In this document: positions 47,955 to 57,746 of the stretch, in pieces
Position numbering within the stretch: position 1 is the stretch's first letter
Layout of the letters: the number at the start of each line of letters is the position of its first letter
Source of the DNA: a virus
Lineage: Duplodnaviria; Caudoviricetes
Strand: one strand, 5' to 3'
Virus record (IMG/VR): IMGVR_UViG_3300021514_000002
Location: 299,532 to 363,531 of that record
Length of the DNA: 64,000 nt
Program-made: the position numbers and the translations under genes
Notes under the pieces: generated by a model
What the model was told of the DNA's origin: nothing
Database searches by the model: none
Seen by the model: only the letters and a program-made list of their open reading frames with translations

Positions 47955-48881
47955 ATGAGCAAGAAAATCAGCCACGCTGATTTTGTTAAAAGAGCCAAGG
48001 TGGAACATGGAAGTAGATATAATTATAATGAATCATATCATTCTATGTCCACCAAACTTTCTATTATATGCAAACATCATGGTGTCTTTAAACAAACGCC
48101 GAATAATCATCTACGTGGACAAGGATGTCCGGTATGTGGCGGCTCGATAAAAAGAACTATATCTGATTTTATTCGTCGCGCTATTGATGTACATGGGGAC
48201 AGATATGATTATTCACATTCAAGATACACAAATTCGCATTCAAAAATCAATATTAATTGTAATGTGCACGGTATTTTTAGTCAAAACGTATTTGATCATT
48301 TGAACGGTTCTGGTTGCCCAAAATGTGCAAACAAGCATAAATATACCACAGCAGAATTTATAGAAAAATCTAATAATATCCATAGATGTAAATATGATTA
48401 CTTAAAAACAGTTTATAAAAATTGGAATACAAAGATATCTATTAAATGTCCTATACATGGTTACTTTATGCAAGTCCCAAATAATCATTTGCGTGGCCAT
48501 GGTTGTCCTCGTTGTGCTATAGTAAAATCAAAGAATTATTCATTGAAAGCGATTAAATGGTTAGATTCGCTTGCGACCGATTCTGATATCAATATTCGTC
48601 ACGCTCTCAATGGTGGTGAATATATAATACCCCATACTAATCTTAAAGTTGACGGATTTTATGAAAAATCTAACACTGTATATGAATTTTATGGCGATGC
48701 GTTTCATGGGAATTTGAATATATTTGGCGGTAATTATAAATGTCATCCATATGATAAAAATATTACGGCCAAAGAACTTTTTGAAAAAACACAATGCCGC
48801 GAACTAAAAATTAAAGATATGGGCTACAATATAGTAACCATTTGGGAAAATGAATGGGATAAAATAAAAGGTAATATATGA
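47955..48881 (+). mobile_element. Putative homing endonuclease with 3 zinc-finger repeats and a PD-(D/E)xK/Vsr-like C-terminus
   Basis: Three C..HG.F.Q....HL.G.GCP.C units; VDGF.....VYEFYGDAFHGN ... GYNIVTIWENEW; sits between gp32 and uvsX. Confidence 0.7.
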
Positions 48882-49969
48882 TGGAATTTTTAAAAAATAT
48901 AACAAAAGATTTAAAAAAATCTGGTTTTGATGTAGGTGCTTCTGAGCCTCCTAGATATTGGTTCAGTACGGGCAACTACGTAGTTAACAAAACCCTTGGT
49001 GGTAGTTACATGCGCGGTATTCCACAAGGTCGAGTATTGGGATTCGTTGGTGCATCTGGCTCTGGTAAGTCTTTCATGGTTTGTAATGCAATCCGTGAAG
49101 TACAGGAAGAAGGTGCAATTGTTGTAGTATTAGATTCTGAACATGCATTAGATGATGACTTCGTTAGAAGCGTCGGAGCTAATCCAGATGCAGAAGATTA
49201 TATCTATATTGATATTGACACCATTCCACAGTGTAAAAAAGTTGTCAGTAAATTTACCACAGATTATAAAAAACAATATGGGTGTTCACATGATGCTCCT
49301 AAAATTGTCATTTTTATTGATAGTCTTGGTATGTTGATGACTGAAACAGAAACCGTTAATTATGACAAGGGTGTTTCAAAAGGCGATCAAGGTCAACGTA
49401 GTAAACAAACCAAACAAATGTTACGTGAATTCGTACAAGCCATTAAACATTTGAATATCTCAATTGTTGTAACCAGCGACGTTTACAAGAACCAAGATGT
49501 TATGAATGGTGAAGGTGTTTGGATTGTGAATGATGCTACTAAGTATTCCTTGTCACATATTGCCTTGTTAAGTAAACTGAAACTGAAAGACAAAGATGAC
49601 AAGAAACACGTTCTTGGAATTAACATGAAAGTTGAGGGATATAAGACGAGATTTACGCAACCCTACCAAACCGTAACAATTGAAGTTCCATATTTAACAG
49701 GAATGGACCCGTATAACGGATTAATAGACGTTGCTAAAAACTTGAATATTTTGACACAAAGAGGCGCGTATTATTACCTTGAAGGCCATGAAACAGGTTG
49801 GATGAAAAAAGATGGTTGGGACATTCATAAGGTTGCAATCTTGGCACTTTGCGAAGCCCAATGTGATAAGTTCTTGGATGCGGAAGTGGATGATGCGGAT
49901 ATTAATACCAGTGATGTTAAGTCGGCTAAATCTAAGCGCGTAGCAAAAGGAATGCCAGACGAAGAGTAA
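48878..49969 (+). CDS. uvsX: RecA-like recombinase
   Basis: STGNYVVN..LGG...GIPQGR, GASGSGKS, LDSEHALD, IFIDSLG. Confidence 0.92.
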   Translation: MMEFLKNITKDLKKSGFDVGASEPPRYWFSTGNYVVNKTLGGSYMRGIPQGRVLGFVGASGSGKSFMVCNAIREVQEEGAIVVVLDSEHALDDDFVRSVGANPDAEDYIYIDIDTIPQCKKVVSKFTTDYKKQYGCSHDAPKIVIFIDSLGMLMTETETVNYDKGVSKGDQGQRSKQTKQMLREFVQAIKHLNISIVVTSDVYKNQDVMNGEGVWIVNDATKYSLSHIALLSKLKLKDKDDKKHVLGINMKVEGYKTRFTQPYQTVTIEVPYLTGMDPYNGLIDVAKNLNILTQRGAYYYLEGHETGWMKKDGWDIHKVAILALCEAQCDKFLDAEVDDADINTSDVKSAKSKRVAKGMPDEE

Positions 49970-49985
49970 CCTCCGAATTAGGGTA

Positions 49986-50014
49986 TTGACTTTAGTAGCC
50001 ATATATCGTATAAT
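49986..50014 (+). promoter_or_regulatory. sigma70-type promoter
   Basis: TTGACT-N17-TATAAT, near consensus. Confidence 0.85.
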
Positions 50015-50046
50015 GTGATATATGGCTATTTTTTTATGGAAATCAA

Positions 50047-51123
50047 ATGTTTACACATCAAATTAAAACTTTAAGAACAGCACAAGAGCTGATGTCCGAC
50101 AACATGTTGGTTAAACACTATGCGGGTTCTATTTCATATGGAACAAATTTACCTACATCTGATGTGGATTTTCGTGGTGTATTCTGTGCCGATCCTGTTA
50201 ATATTCGTACACCGTTTTACACTGTGCGTGAATGTGAAGACGTGGCTGAAGAAGATACTAAACTGTATGAACTTTCCCACTTTATGAAATTATGTTTAGA
50301 ATGCAATCCTAATATTATAGAAACCCTTTGGGTTGATGATGAAGATATTGTATTCAGAACACCCGCATATGATTTGCTTCGCGAACATCGTCATAAATTA
50401 TTATCTTCTAAAATTGCCTTCACCACATCAGGATATGCAATCTCACAGTTGAAGCGTATTAAGGGGCATAATAAATGGATCAATAGTCCACAGCCTTTTG
50501 ATGCACCAAAACCTAAAGATTATGTTTCGTTGATTCAATATTTTGGCGAAGACAAGATGTTGAAACTTAATATTGTTGATTGGAATGAAAATCATCGGTT
50601 GATCCCATATGGTGGCGATGTTTTTGGTGTGTATGCTGAACAAGGTCGTCAGATTTTTGATCATGTTGGTAAATTAAATACCAATTATGAAGGTGACCGT
50701 TCTGAATATGAAAAGAAAGTACCGATGATGATTATTAAATTCAATAAAGATGTTTATAAGGAATTTAAAGTTAAACATGAGATGTATTGGAGTTGGAAAA
50801 ACAATCGCAATGAATCACGTGCGGAGTTGGAAGAGTCCCATGGATTTGATACGAAACACGCTATGCACCTTGTAAGATTGTTGCGTATGGGCGTTGAAGC
50901 ACTTCGTGACGAAGAAATTATTGTTAAGCGTCCCGATGCGGAAGAATTGCTTTCTATTCGTAATGGCGCATGGACATATGAAGAAATTGTCGCGTATGCA
51001 GAAAAGATGGACAAAGAAGTCCGTGATGTTTGGTATAAGAAAACTAATCTTCCAAAGCGTCCCGATCTTAAATTTGCTGCTGCATTGTTGATGGACGTAC
51101 AGGATTCAATTTGGAATGGTTAG
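50047..51123 (+). CDS. Pol-beta superfamily nucleotidyltransferase (RlaP/Nuc-transf-like)
   Basis: AGSISYGTNLPTSDVDFRG (GS...DxD), NPNIIETLW, DTKHAMHLVRLL. Confidence 0.8.
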   Translation: MFTHQIKTLRTAQELMSDNMLVKHYAGSISYGTNLPTSDVDFRGVFCADPVNIRTPFYTVRECEDVAEEDTKLYELSHFMKLCLECNPNIIETLWVDDEDIVFRTPAYDLLREHRHKLLSSKIAFTTSGYAISQLKRIKGHNKWINSPQPFDAPKPKDYVSLIQYFGEDKMLKLNIVDWNENHRLIPYGGDVFGVYAEQGRQIFDHVGKLNTNYEGDRSEYEKKVPMMIIKFNKDVYKEFKVKHEMYWSWKNNRNESRAELEESHGFDTKHAMHLVRLLRMGVEALRDEEIIVKRPDAEELLSIRNGAWTYEEIVAYAEKMDKEVRDVWYKKTNLPKRPDLKFAAALLMDVQDSIWNG

Positions 51124-51529
51124 AAAAAAATCAAACGATGGTCTTTTAACATTTGATGAAGATTCGCCACTTTACGCTAAAAAGAAATTTAAGCGTAAAG
51201 TAAAACCAAAGTCAATAGACATTGTTACGATGAGTGATGAACTTTTACCAAGAAGAACATCTACAATAAAAAAATCTGTGAATCTTAAAGCGCCAAAATA
51301 CGCGATTAATTCACCTGCTGATTGTAAACATATATTGCCTGCGTTTAATAAAATGCTTAACAATAAATGGAAGATACTTGAAACGGGTAATAGTATGAAA
51401 TCTGCAGAGGTGCCTAATTATATTAGAGGAGCGGCTGTGATCGCAAAAGCAAAACATCCACTTGAATATGAAGAACTTATGGTTCTAGTGGCAGTAGCCA
51501 AACGACGAATAGTTGAAAAAGTAAATTAA
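51116..51529 (+). CDS. Hypothetical basic protein
   Basis: 137 aa, coupled within the operon. Confidence 0.55.
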   Translation: MVRKKSNDGLLTFDEDSPLYAKKKFKRKVKPKSIDIVTMSDELLPRRTSTIKKSVNLKAPKYAINSPADCKHILPAFNKMLNNKWKILETGNSMKSAEVPNYIRGAAVIAKAKHPLEYEELMVLVAVAKRRIVEKVN

Positions 51530-51531
51530 AA

Positions 51532-52251
51532 ATGATCAATGAGCAAAAAAATACAGAATTAAAATGGTTGCGCCAATTATATATTGAAGACCTTAGTAAG
51601 ATTGTTACTTACAACAAGAACCCTCGTCCGCGTGTTACTCATCCAGGAAAATGGGCAAAGCTTGAAAGCGTCGTGGCATTGAATGAAAGTGTTAACGAAC
51701 CATTAATGGTTCCGCCAACAGATACAGATAGGAAAGTTTGGATCTGGAGCGATCAACATTTCTTCCATAAAAATATTATTGAATTTAGTGAACGTCCATA
51801 CGATAATGTGGAACAAATGAATGAACATCTAATCGCCAACCATAATGATTATGTCGGTGAAAATGATATTAGTATTTGGGTTGGCGATGTCGGGTTTAAA
51901 GGTAATACTATCATTAATGAAATGTTAGACCGTTGTAATGGATATAAAATTCTTATTATTGGTAATCATGATTTTAATGGCAAAAAATTGCGTGCATTAG
52001 CTTTTGATGAAACACATTTGATTTACACTGTTGATTATCCAGACGTAAGTTTGGTACTTACACATTATCCGATGTATAATGTTCCTAGTCCATGGGTAAA
52101 CATCCATGGACATCTACATGCATACCCTAATCCAGATTCAGGCCATGCTTTACATATTAATGTGAATTGTGAAGTGCAAGGATATAAACCAAGGCTATTA
52201 GATGATGTTGTTGAACAAGCAAAAATGCGCCTTATTTCATCAAATATATAA
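51532..52251 (+). CDS. Calcineurin-like metallophosphoesterase
   Basis: SDQHFFH, GDV, GNHD, THYP, HGHLH. Confidence 0.88.
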   Translation: MINEQKNTELKWLRQLYIEDLSKIVTYNKNPRPRVTHPGKWAKLESVVALNESVNEPLMVPPTDTDRKVWIWSDQHFFHKNIIEFSERPYDNVEQMNEHLIANHNDYVGENDISIWVGDVGFKGNTIINEMLDRCNGYKILIIGNHDFNGKKLRALAFDETHLIYTVDYPDVSLVLTHYPMYNVPSPWVNIHGHLHAYPNPDSGHALHINVNCEVQGYKPRLLDDVVEQAKMRLISSNI

Positions 52252-52267
52252 AATATGAGGGGGGATT

Positions 52268-52819
52268 GTGCAATCAAATGAAAATGTTAATAATGTAAAG
52301 TATAAAGTGTATCTGGATCTTGATGGGGTCTTTGCAGATTTTGTTAAAGGTGTTAAAAAGTTAATACCCGACTACGATGATACCAAATACCAAAAAGATC
52401 CCCAATATCGTAAAAAGATGTGGGATGTTATTGGGGATTATACTACAAGTGGTGGTAAACATTGGACAGAACTTGACTTAATGCCAGATGCTATGGTATT
52501 ATGGGATTATATTAGTCGCCATGATGATATTGAAATTCTAAGCGCCACAGGTGATACAAAAACGAACGAGTACGAGTACGGTAAAGCGAAATTCGCAGCT
52601 GAAGATCAAAAACGTGAATGGGTTAAAAATCAGTTCGGCGACGTAAAAACTAATATTGTTCAGCGTTCGCCAGACAAAGCGAAATTCGCAGCTCCAAACC
52701 ATATATTAATCGATGATATGTTGAAATCAATTGAGCCATGGGAAGCTGCAGGCGGTATCGGTATATTACATACTAGCGCAAAAGATACCATTAAAAAATT
52801 AAAAAAATTAGGTTTATAA
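52268..52819 (+). CDS. HAD-family 5'(3')-deoxyribonucleotidase-like protein
   Basis: YLDLDGVFADF, ILSA, ILIDD. Confidence 0.8.
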   Translation: MQSNENVNNVKYKVYLDLDGVFADFVKGVKKLIPDYDDTKYQKDPQYRKKMWDVIGDYTTSGGKHWTELDLMPDAMVLWDYISRHDDIEILSATGDTKTNEYEYGKAKFAAEDQKREWVKNQFGDVKTNIVQRSPDKAKFAAPNHILIDDMLKSIEPWEAAGGIGILHTSAKDTIKKLKKLGL

Positions 52820-52836
52820 TAGGAGTTATATTAAAG

Positions 52837-53208
52837 ATGTATACTGCATATGTTCTTACTGATGAATCACGTAGTCAGTTAGAAGAAAAATTTCCACCAA
52901 AATATTCAAAATTTATTGGGCATCACGTTACTATTGATTTTGGGGTGGCTGCTGACACTGAAATACCAGAAGCAGCCGAAATCAAAGTCCTTGGTAAACG
53001 GGATAGTGCAGACGGAATAGAAGCCCTAGTAGTATCAGTAAATGGCAAAACAACCCGTTCCGATGGCAGTATTTACCATATTACATGGTCATTGGAATCT
53101 GATAAGTATTCGCCTAAAGATTCTAATTTGTTATTAAACTCTGCATTTTTTAAGTATAAAATGGTGCTGCCAGTTTTGATTGAAACGCAACCGCAATTGT
53201 TGAAATAA
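52837..53208 (+). CDS. 2H phosphoesterase-like protein
   Basis: Two HxT motifs (HHVTI and YHITW) about 50 aa apart. Confidence 0.65.
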   Translation: MYTAYVLTDESRSQLEEKFPPKYSKFIGHHVTIDFGVAADTEIPEAAEIKVLGKRDSADGIEALVVSVNGKTTRSDGSIYHITWSLESDKYSPKDSNLLLNSAFFKYKMVLPVLIETQPQLLK

Positions 53209-53262
53209 TGAAATAATGTAAAAATATTAAGGTATAATAAATATATTAAAAAGGAATTTAAT

Positions 53263-53832
53263 ATGAAAGTTATTGAAATATTTGAAGCAGATGGTGATGT
53301 AGGTATTGGTAAAAATGATTATCATCCTGAAAATTATTTTGCCCCTATAGTCGCCGAATTTGTAAATGATGAAGGTGTGGCGTATTGGGAAGATATATAT
53401 GCCTATGTTGAACTTAATACCAAACTAACAAGTGCAGATCGTACATTAGTATCCAATAGACGTATTCCTAGATGGCAAAAAAATATACAAAACTTACACG
53501 CCCATCGAACATTAGAAGGTGGTAGATTTGGCAACCTTGTTAGAATTCAAGGCGGTTTTGCCACAAGAAAAGCAGCTCAAGCCCAAAAAATTGATATCTT
53601 AGCAGACAATAGCCAAGTTGCAAGAAATCCAGGAAAACGTTCACCACAATATATTAAGAAGAAGACAGGATTCATTGCAAATGCAGCTTATACCGAGTTA
53701 GGATCGCCAGTATTAAAGGATAAGAAGCGCGCTCGCGAAGATATTGAACATATGGTAGGTTTACAACCATGGGAGTCTGATGAGGAACTTATTATAAAAG
53801 CCAAAGATATTATTTCTAAAAACATAAAATAA
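53263..53832 (+). CDS. Late protein with an Mrr-N-like winged-helix domain
   Basis: IYAYVE....LTSAD......PRWQKNI resembles Mrr N-terminal HTH; MKVIEIFEA N-terminus. Confidence 0.45.
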   Translation: MKVIEIFEADGDVGIGKNDYHPENYFAPIVAEFVNDEGVAYWEDIYAYVELNTKLTSADRTLVSNRRIPRWQKNIQNLHAHRTLEGGRFGNLVRIQGGFATRKAAQAQKIDILADNSQVARNPGKRSPQYIKKKTGFIANAAYTELGSPVLKDKKRAREDIEHMVGLQPWESDEELIIKAKDIISKNIK

Positions 53833-53851
53833 AAAGGATATTGCATCCTTT

Positions 53852-54088
53852 TTATTTTATAAAATCTCTATCTAATAACGATTCAAGGTATTGTTGATCT
53901 TTTGTTGTTAATTCGTCCCGCCCAATATCCAATATTTCTTGTGGTGATAAACAACAATCAGTATTTTGTGGTTCATTGAAAATAAAAGATATTTGTGCAC
54001 ACCAACAATTTAAGCCAGGGTTACATTTTAACTCTGGCTTTTTTAATTGTTCCTTGAGGACACTTAATGTTTCCATTCGTTTACTCAT
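53852..54088 (-). CDS. Cysteine-rich CWC-family small protein
   Basis: CNPG.NCWCA ... CCLSP motif. Confidence 0.6.
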   Translation of the reverse strand: MSKRMETLSVLKEQLKKPELKCNPGLNCWCAQISFIFNEPQNTDCCLSPQEILDIGRDELTTKDQQYLESLLDRDFIK

Positions 54089-54362
54089 TGGAATACCATA
54101 TTTTTGGCTTTACTAACCATTTTTGTACTACTTCCCAACCCTTCTTACCGTGTGTGACAGTACATTCGGAACAATCTTTACGTTTAACACCTACAGGTGA
54201 TTCAATTATAGTGTATTTACCAGGACATTTTAACCATGCCAAAGGACAGTAACAAAATAAGCAGTTGATTGGTTCTTTTTGATGACACGGAAAGAATTCA
54301 CATTCTCTGTGTTCGAAATGTTTGAAATGTGTTGTACTTACTGTATCTTTTGGTTCCGCCAT
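54081..54362 (-). CDS. Cysteine-rich small-domain (zf-like) protein
   Basis: CEFFPCH.....NCLFCYCPL...C.G.......G.KDCSEC..H. Confidence 0.75.
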   Translation of the reverse strand: MAEPKDTVSTTHFKHFEHRECEFFPCHQKEPINCLFCYCPLAWLKCPGKYTIIESPVGVKRKDCSECTVTHGKKGWEVVQKWLVKPKIWYSNE

Positions 54363-54436
54363 TTGACCGCCCTATTATAAAAGAAAATAACACAATAAAC
54401 ATGCCATAGTATAAATACTATAGGAGATTAAAAACT

Positions 54437-55144
54437 ATGATACATGATGATTTCGTTATTAATAAATATTATAACATATATATGCGCATTATTCAACAAG
54501 CGGGGGTAAGAAAAGAAATAATCCAGGGTGAAAATCACCATATTATTCCAAGATCTATGGGTGGTACGAATACCCAGTCAAATATTATTTTGTTAACATA
54601 TAGAGAGCATTTTTTGTGTCATGTATTATTGACAAAATTTACTAAAGGTGATTCATTGCGTTCAATGATAAAAGCCAGATGGGGAATGTCTAACCAGAAA
54701 AGAGATCTTAGGGATATTAAAATGAATTCTACGCTATACGAACAGTCCAGAAAATTATTTTGTGAAAGCCAAAGTATGTATATGAAACAAAATAATCCAA
54801 TGAAAAATCCAAAGACTAGGGCAAAATTAAGTGCATCTAAACTTGGGAAGAAATCTAATTGTGTGTTTACTGATGAAATAAGAAAGAAATTTTCCGATGT
54901 AAAGAAAGGTAAAAATAATCCTATGAATAAGGGAAAGTGGCTCACACCATGGGGGGAGTTTACTACCTCTACCGAAGCAGCAAATATGTCCCCTTTGCGA
55001 ATCCCCCAATGTACCATTTATAAGTGGTGTATTAATTCATCTTCTATAATAACAATAGGTTCAATTAGACAATCAAAATTATTATTAAAAGAACACGAAG
55101 GTTGCACATTTAAAGATATTGGATATGATTTTATATTATATTAA
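54437..55144 (+). mobile_element. HNH homing endonuclease with NUMOD3 repeats
   Basis: ENHHIIPRSMGG...N...LTYREHFLCHVLL; K.K.NPM repeats; TATAAATA at 54410. Confidence 0.85.
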
Positions 55145-57732
55145 CCACATTTTGAACTTCCACAAGATATACAGCGCTTACAGCCCTCACTAAACACAAT
55201 TGAAATGCTTCCACATTCTTGACATATTTCGTCTTCGACTTTTTCTCCGTCTTTGATATACACTGAAAGGAATTTCTTTATCTGGAATACAAAAGTACCA
55301 ACATATGCACTTTCGACTTTGTCTAATACTGCAACGATATTTTTTATTAAAACGCCATGTCGCAATAAGAAACTAATCAATCTCGCTACTTTGCTTGAAT
55401 TAGTATCTGAGCCAAGTTTATTATGTACTTCATCAATATGTCGCTTTGGAATTTTCTTCTTGCGAGCGAGTTTAAATAAAAGATCTACTGCATCATCAGC
55501 GGTAACACCTTTTTCGATTGCGTTTGTTTTTACAAATAAAGCAAATGGACGATTTTGGTTATCTTCATGATATACAACAGTTAAATACCATTTGCGGTTT
55601 TCCGCACGAATAGTTTTCATTGTTGCATTGGCTGAATCTGGAAGCTTTACATCTTCCTTAATAATTTCTTCATCGTCAGCTGTTGCATTTTTTTCATCTT
55701 TAGCAGATAAAACAGTTGTCATTATACCAGCCCTATACGTGGTTACCCCTTTAACATAACCACTACGATAAGAATCTAAATAAATATTCTGAAATTTTTC
55801 AAAAGGATAATTTTGTGGAACATTTACTGTTTTAGACATTGCGCTATCTACCCATCGAGCAAAACCTTTTAGGTCTTCAACATGATCTTCAACGGAAAGA
55901 TTGGTGGTAGTTACCGCCCAGTCAGCATTTTCGTCCCATTCACCAAGACGTTTAAGATAACGAACACCATAGTCTTCACATAATACTTCTTTTGTTAATC
56001 CACGGTTTTTGTCTATCTTATATACAGTTCCATCAGGAGCGGTTCCCTTAAGAATATCTTCATCCCCTTCTTTTCTAAACTTAAACATTGAGGTTTCATG
56101 CCATTCACCTTCATACCATACGGGTGTGACATCAGCAATTTCATCGGGCATTGTATTTACAATAACAGTTCTAATATATTCAGGCATGAAAATAGGTTCA
56201 AGACCACCTGATACTACATTGGCTTGAATTGATGTATTTCCTGTAGGTTGAATTGATAGTAAAGAACTATTACGTATCCCACTCGTTGAGAGTTTTTCCA
56301 TATATTCTTTTGGTAATTTTAAGCTTTTGACAAAATGACCATCAGCATGTTTTTCTGGAATACATTCTTTGAACATGCCTTTTTCTATTGCTAGATCGAT
56401 AGAAGATATATATGCTTCTCGTGCGATTGTACTCATTATTTTATCACGCAATTCTGCGGCAGCTTCTGAACCAAAACGCGTTTTAAGCATAAATAATGCT
56501 GAACCCCAACCAAGAATACCAATACCAATACGTCGTTTTTCGCGCATAGATTTAATATATTCAGGAAGCGGTGCTTCTGATAGTTCACTAATATTATCAA
56601 GGAAACGTACCATAATATTGACATATTTTTTAATGCTTGAAAGGTTGAATCCTGTTCTTGTTTTGTTTATAAACTGTGTTAAATTTAGTGATGCAAGATT
56701 ACAAACACCACCAGGAGCCAACATTTGCTCACCGCATGGATTGGTCGCACTGATGGTTTCCTTGTATGATAGCGGTCCAAAGTGGTTTGCACGATCTAAA
56801 AATAATATACCAGGCTCGGCTCGATTATATGTAGATTCCATAATGAGATTCCACAAGAATGATGCTGAAACTGTTTGCGCTACAATCACAGGATATCCTT
56901 TTTCTTCCCATTTATATATGTTGCCATCCCATTCTGCTTTATATTTTTTAAATGTAGTATCGGGAAATTTTAAATCCCAAGCATCTACTTTTTCAATTTC
57001 TTCTTCTGACGCGTTTTCATTTGTCATATCAATAACTTTAAGTATTTTTTCCATAAACGGATCAGTACAGTTTACAGACATATTAAATTTAGTTAACCGA
57101 CCAGGTTGTTGTTTTGCAGATATAAATTCAACAATATCTGGATGCCAACAATCAAGAACTCCCATCATAGCCCCTTTGCGAATTTTACCTTTTGCTTTTT
57201 TGTTCTGTGCTTTTTTGCCAGCGCCTGCTGTTATAATTTCAGATGTTTTGTCAAACACTTCCATATATTTCACAGCACCAGGAGTTTCTACACCAATGCC
57301 ATGAATAAAAAAGCCACGTGGACGTATATATGAAAAGTTTTCACCCCAACCACCCTCCGATTTTAATGTAAAAGACTGATTACGAACATTTTCAAGAATT
57401 CCATCCAAGGAATCAATATCATGTTTACGTCTGGGGGATACAAAACAATTCATGAGTGTGGTGCCTTTCCATTCAGTACCTGCATTAGAATAAATTCGTC
57501 CGCCGGATGTGGCTTTGAAATCGCTTAATAAATCATAGAATTTTAATGTCCATTCTTCTCGTGATGCTGCCGTGGTTTCAATACCTGCTGCTGCTTTAGC
57601 AACACGAAACAATGTATCGTTTATTGAATTATCGTTATGATCTTTGTATGTTGTTCTCCATACCTCTTCCGAAAATGAATCTTCAAATTCAGTAGTAAAT
57701 ATATTGCGTGGGTTGGTTTTAGCGTTTCCCAT
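55141..57732 (-). CDS. nrdJ: Ribonucleotide reductase, probably class II (adenosylcobalamin-dependent)
   Basis: GGRIYSNAG, NCFV, TNPCGEQ, CNLASLNL, SIQPTGNTS, GVTTYR, C-terminal CxxC...EGC..CxxCG..KC; no ATP cone; no nrdB in the window. Confidence 0.75.
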   Translation of the reverse strand: MGNAKTNPRNIFTTEFEDSFSEEVWRTTYKDHNDNSINDTLFRVAKAAAGIETTAASREEWTLKFYDLLSDFKATSGGRIYSNAGTEWKGTTLMNCFVSPRRKHDIDSLDGILENVRNQSFTLKSEGGWGENFSYIRPRGFFIHGIGVETPGAVKYMEVFDKTSEIITAGAGKKAQNKKAKGKIRKGAMMGVLDCWHPDIVEFISAKQQPGRLTKFNMSVNCTDPFMEKILKVIDMTNENASEEEIEKVDAWDLKFPDTTFKKYKAEWDGNIYKWEEKGYPVIVAQTVSASFLWNLIMESTYNRAEPGILFLDRANHFGPLSYKETISATNPCGEQMLAPGGVCNLASLNLTQFINKTRTGFNLSSIKKYVNIMVRFLDNISELSEAPLPEYIKSMREKRRIGIGILGWGSALFMLKTRFGSEAAAELRDKIMSTIAREAYISSIDLAIEKGMFKECIPEKHADGHFVKSLKLPKEYMEKLSTSGIRNSSLLSIQPTGNTSIQANVVSGGLEPIFMPEYIRTVIVNTMPDEIADVTPVWYEGEWHETSMFKFRKEGDEDILKGTAPDGTVYKIDKNRGLTKEVLCEDYGVRYLKRLGEWDENADWAVTTTNLSVEDHVEDLKGFARWVDSAMSKTVNVPQNYPFEKFQNIYLDSYRSGYVKGVTTYRAGIMTTVLSAKDEKNATADDEEIIKEDVKLPDSANATMKTIRAENRKWYLTVVYHEDNQNRPFALFVKTNAIEKGVTADDAVDLLFKLARKKKIPKRHIDEVHNKLGSDTNSSKVARLISFLLRHGVLIKNIVAVLDKVESAYVGTFVFQIKKFLSVYIKDGEKVEDEICQECGSISIVFSEGCKRCISCGSSKCG

Positions 57733-57746
57733 TTATATCTCCGTTT

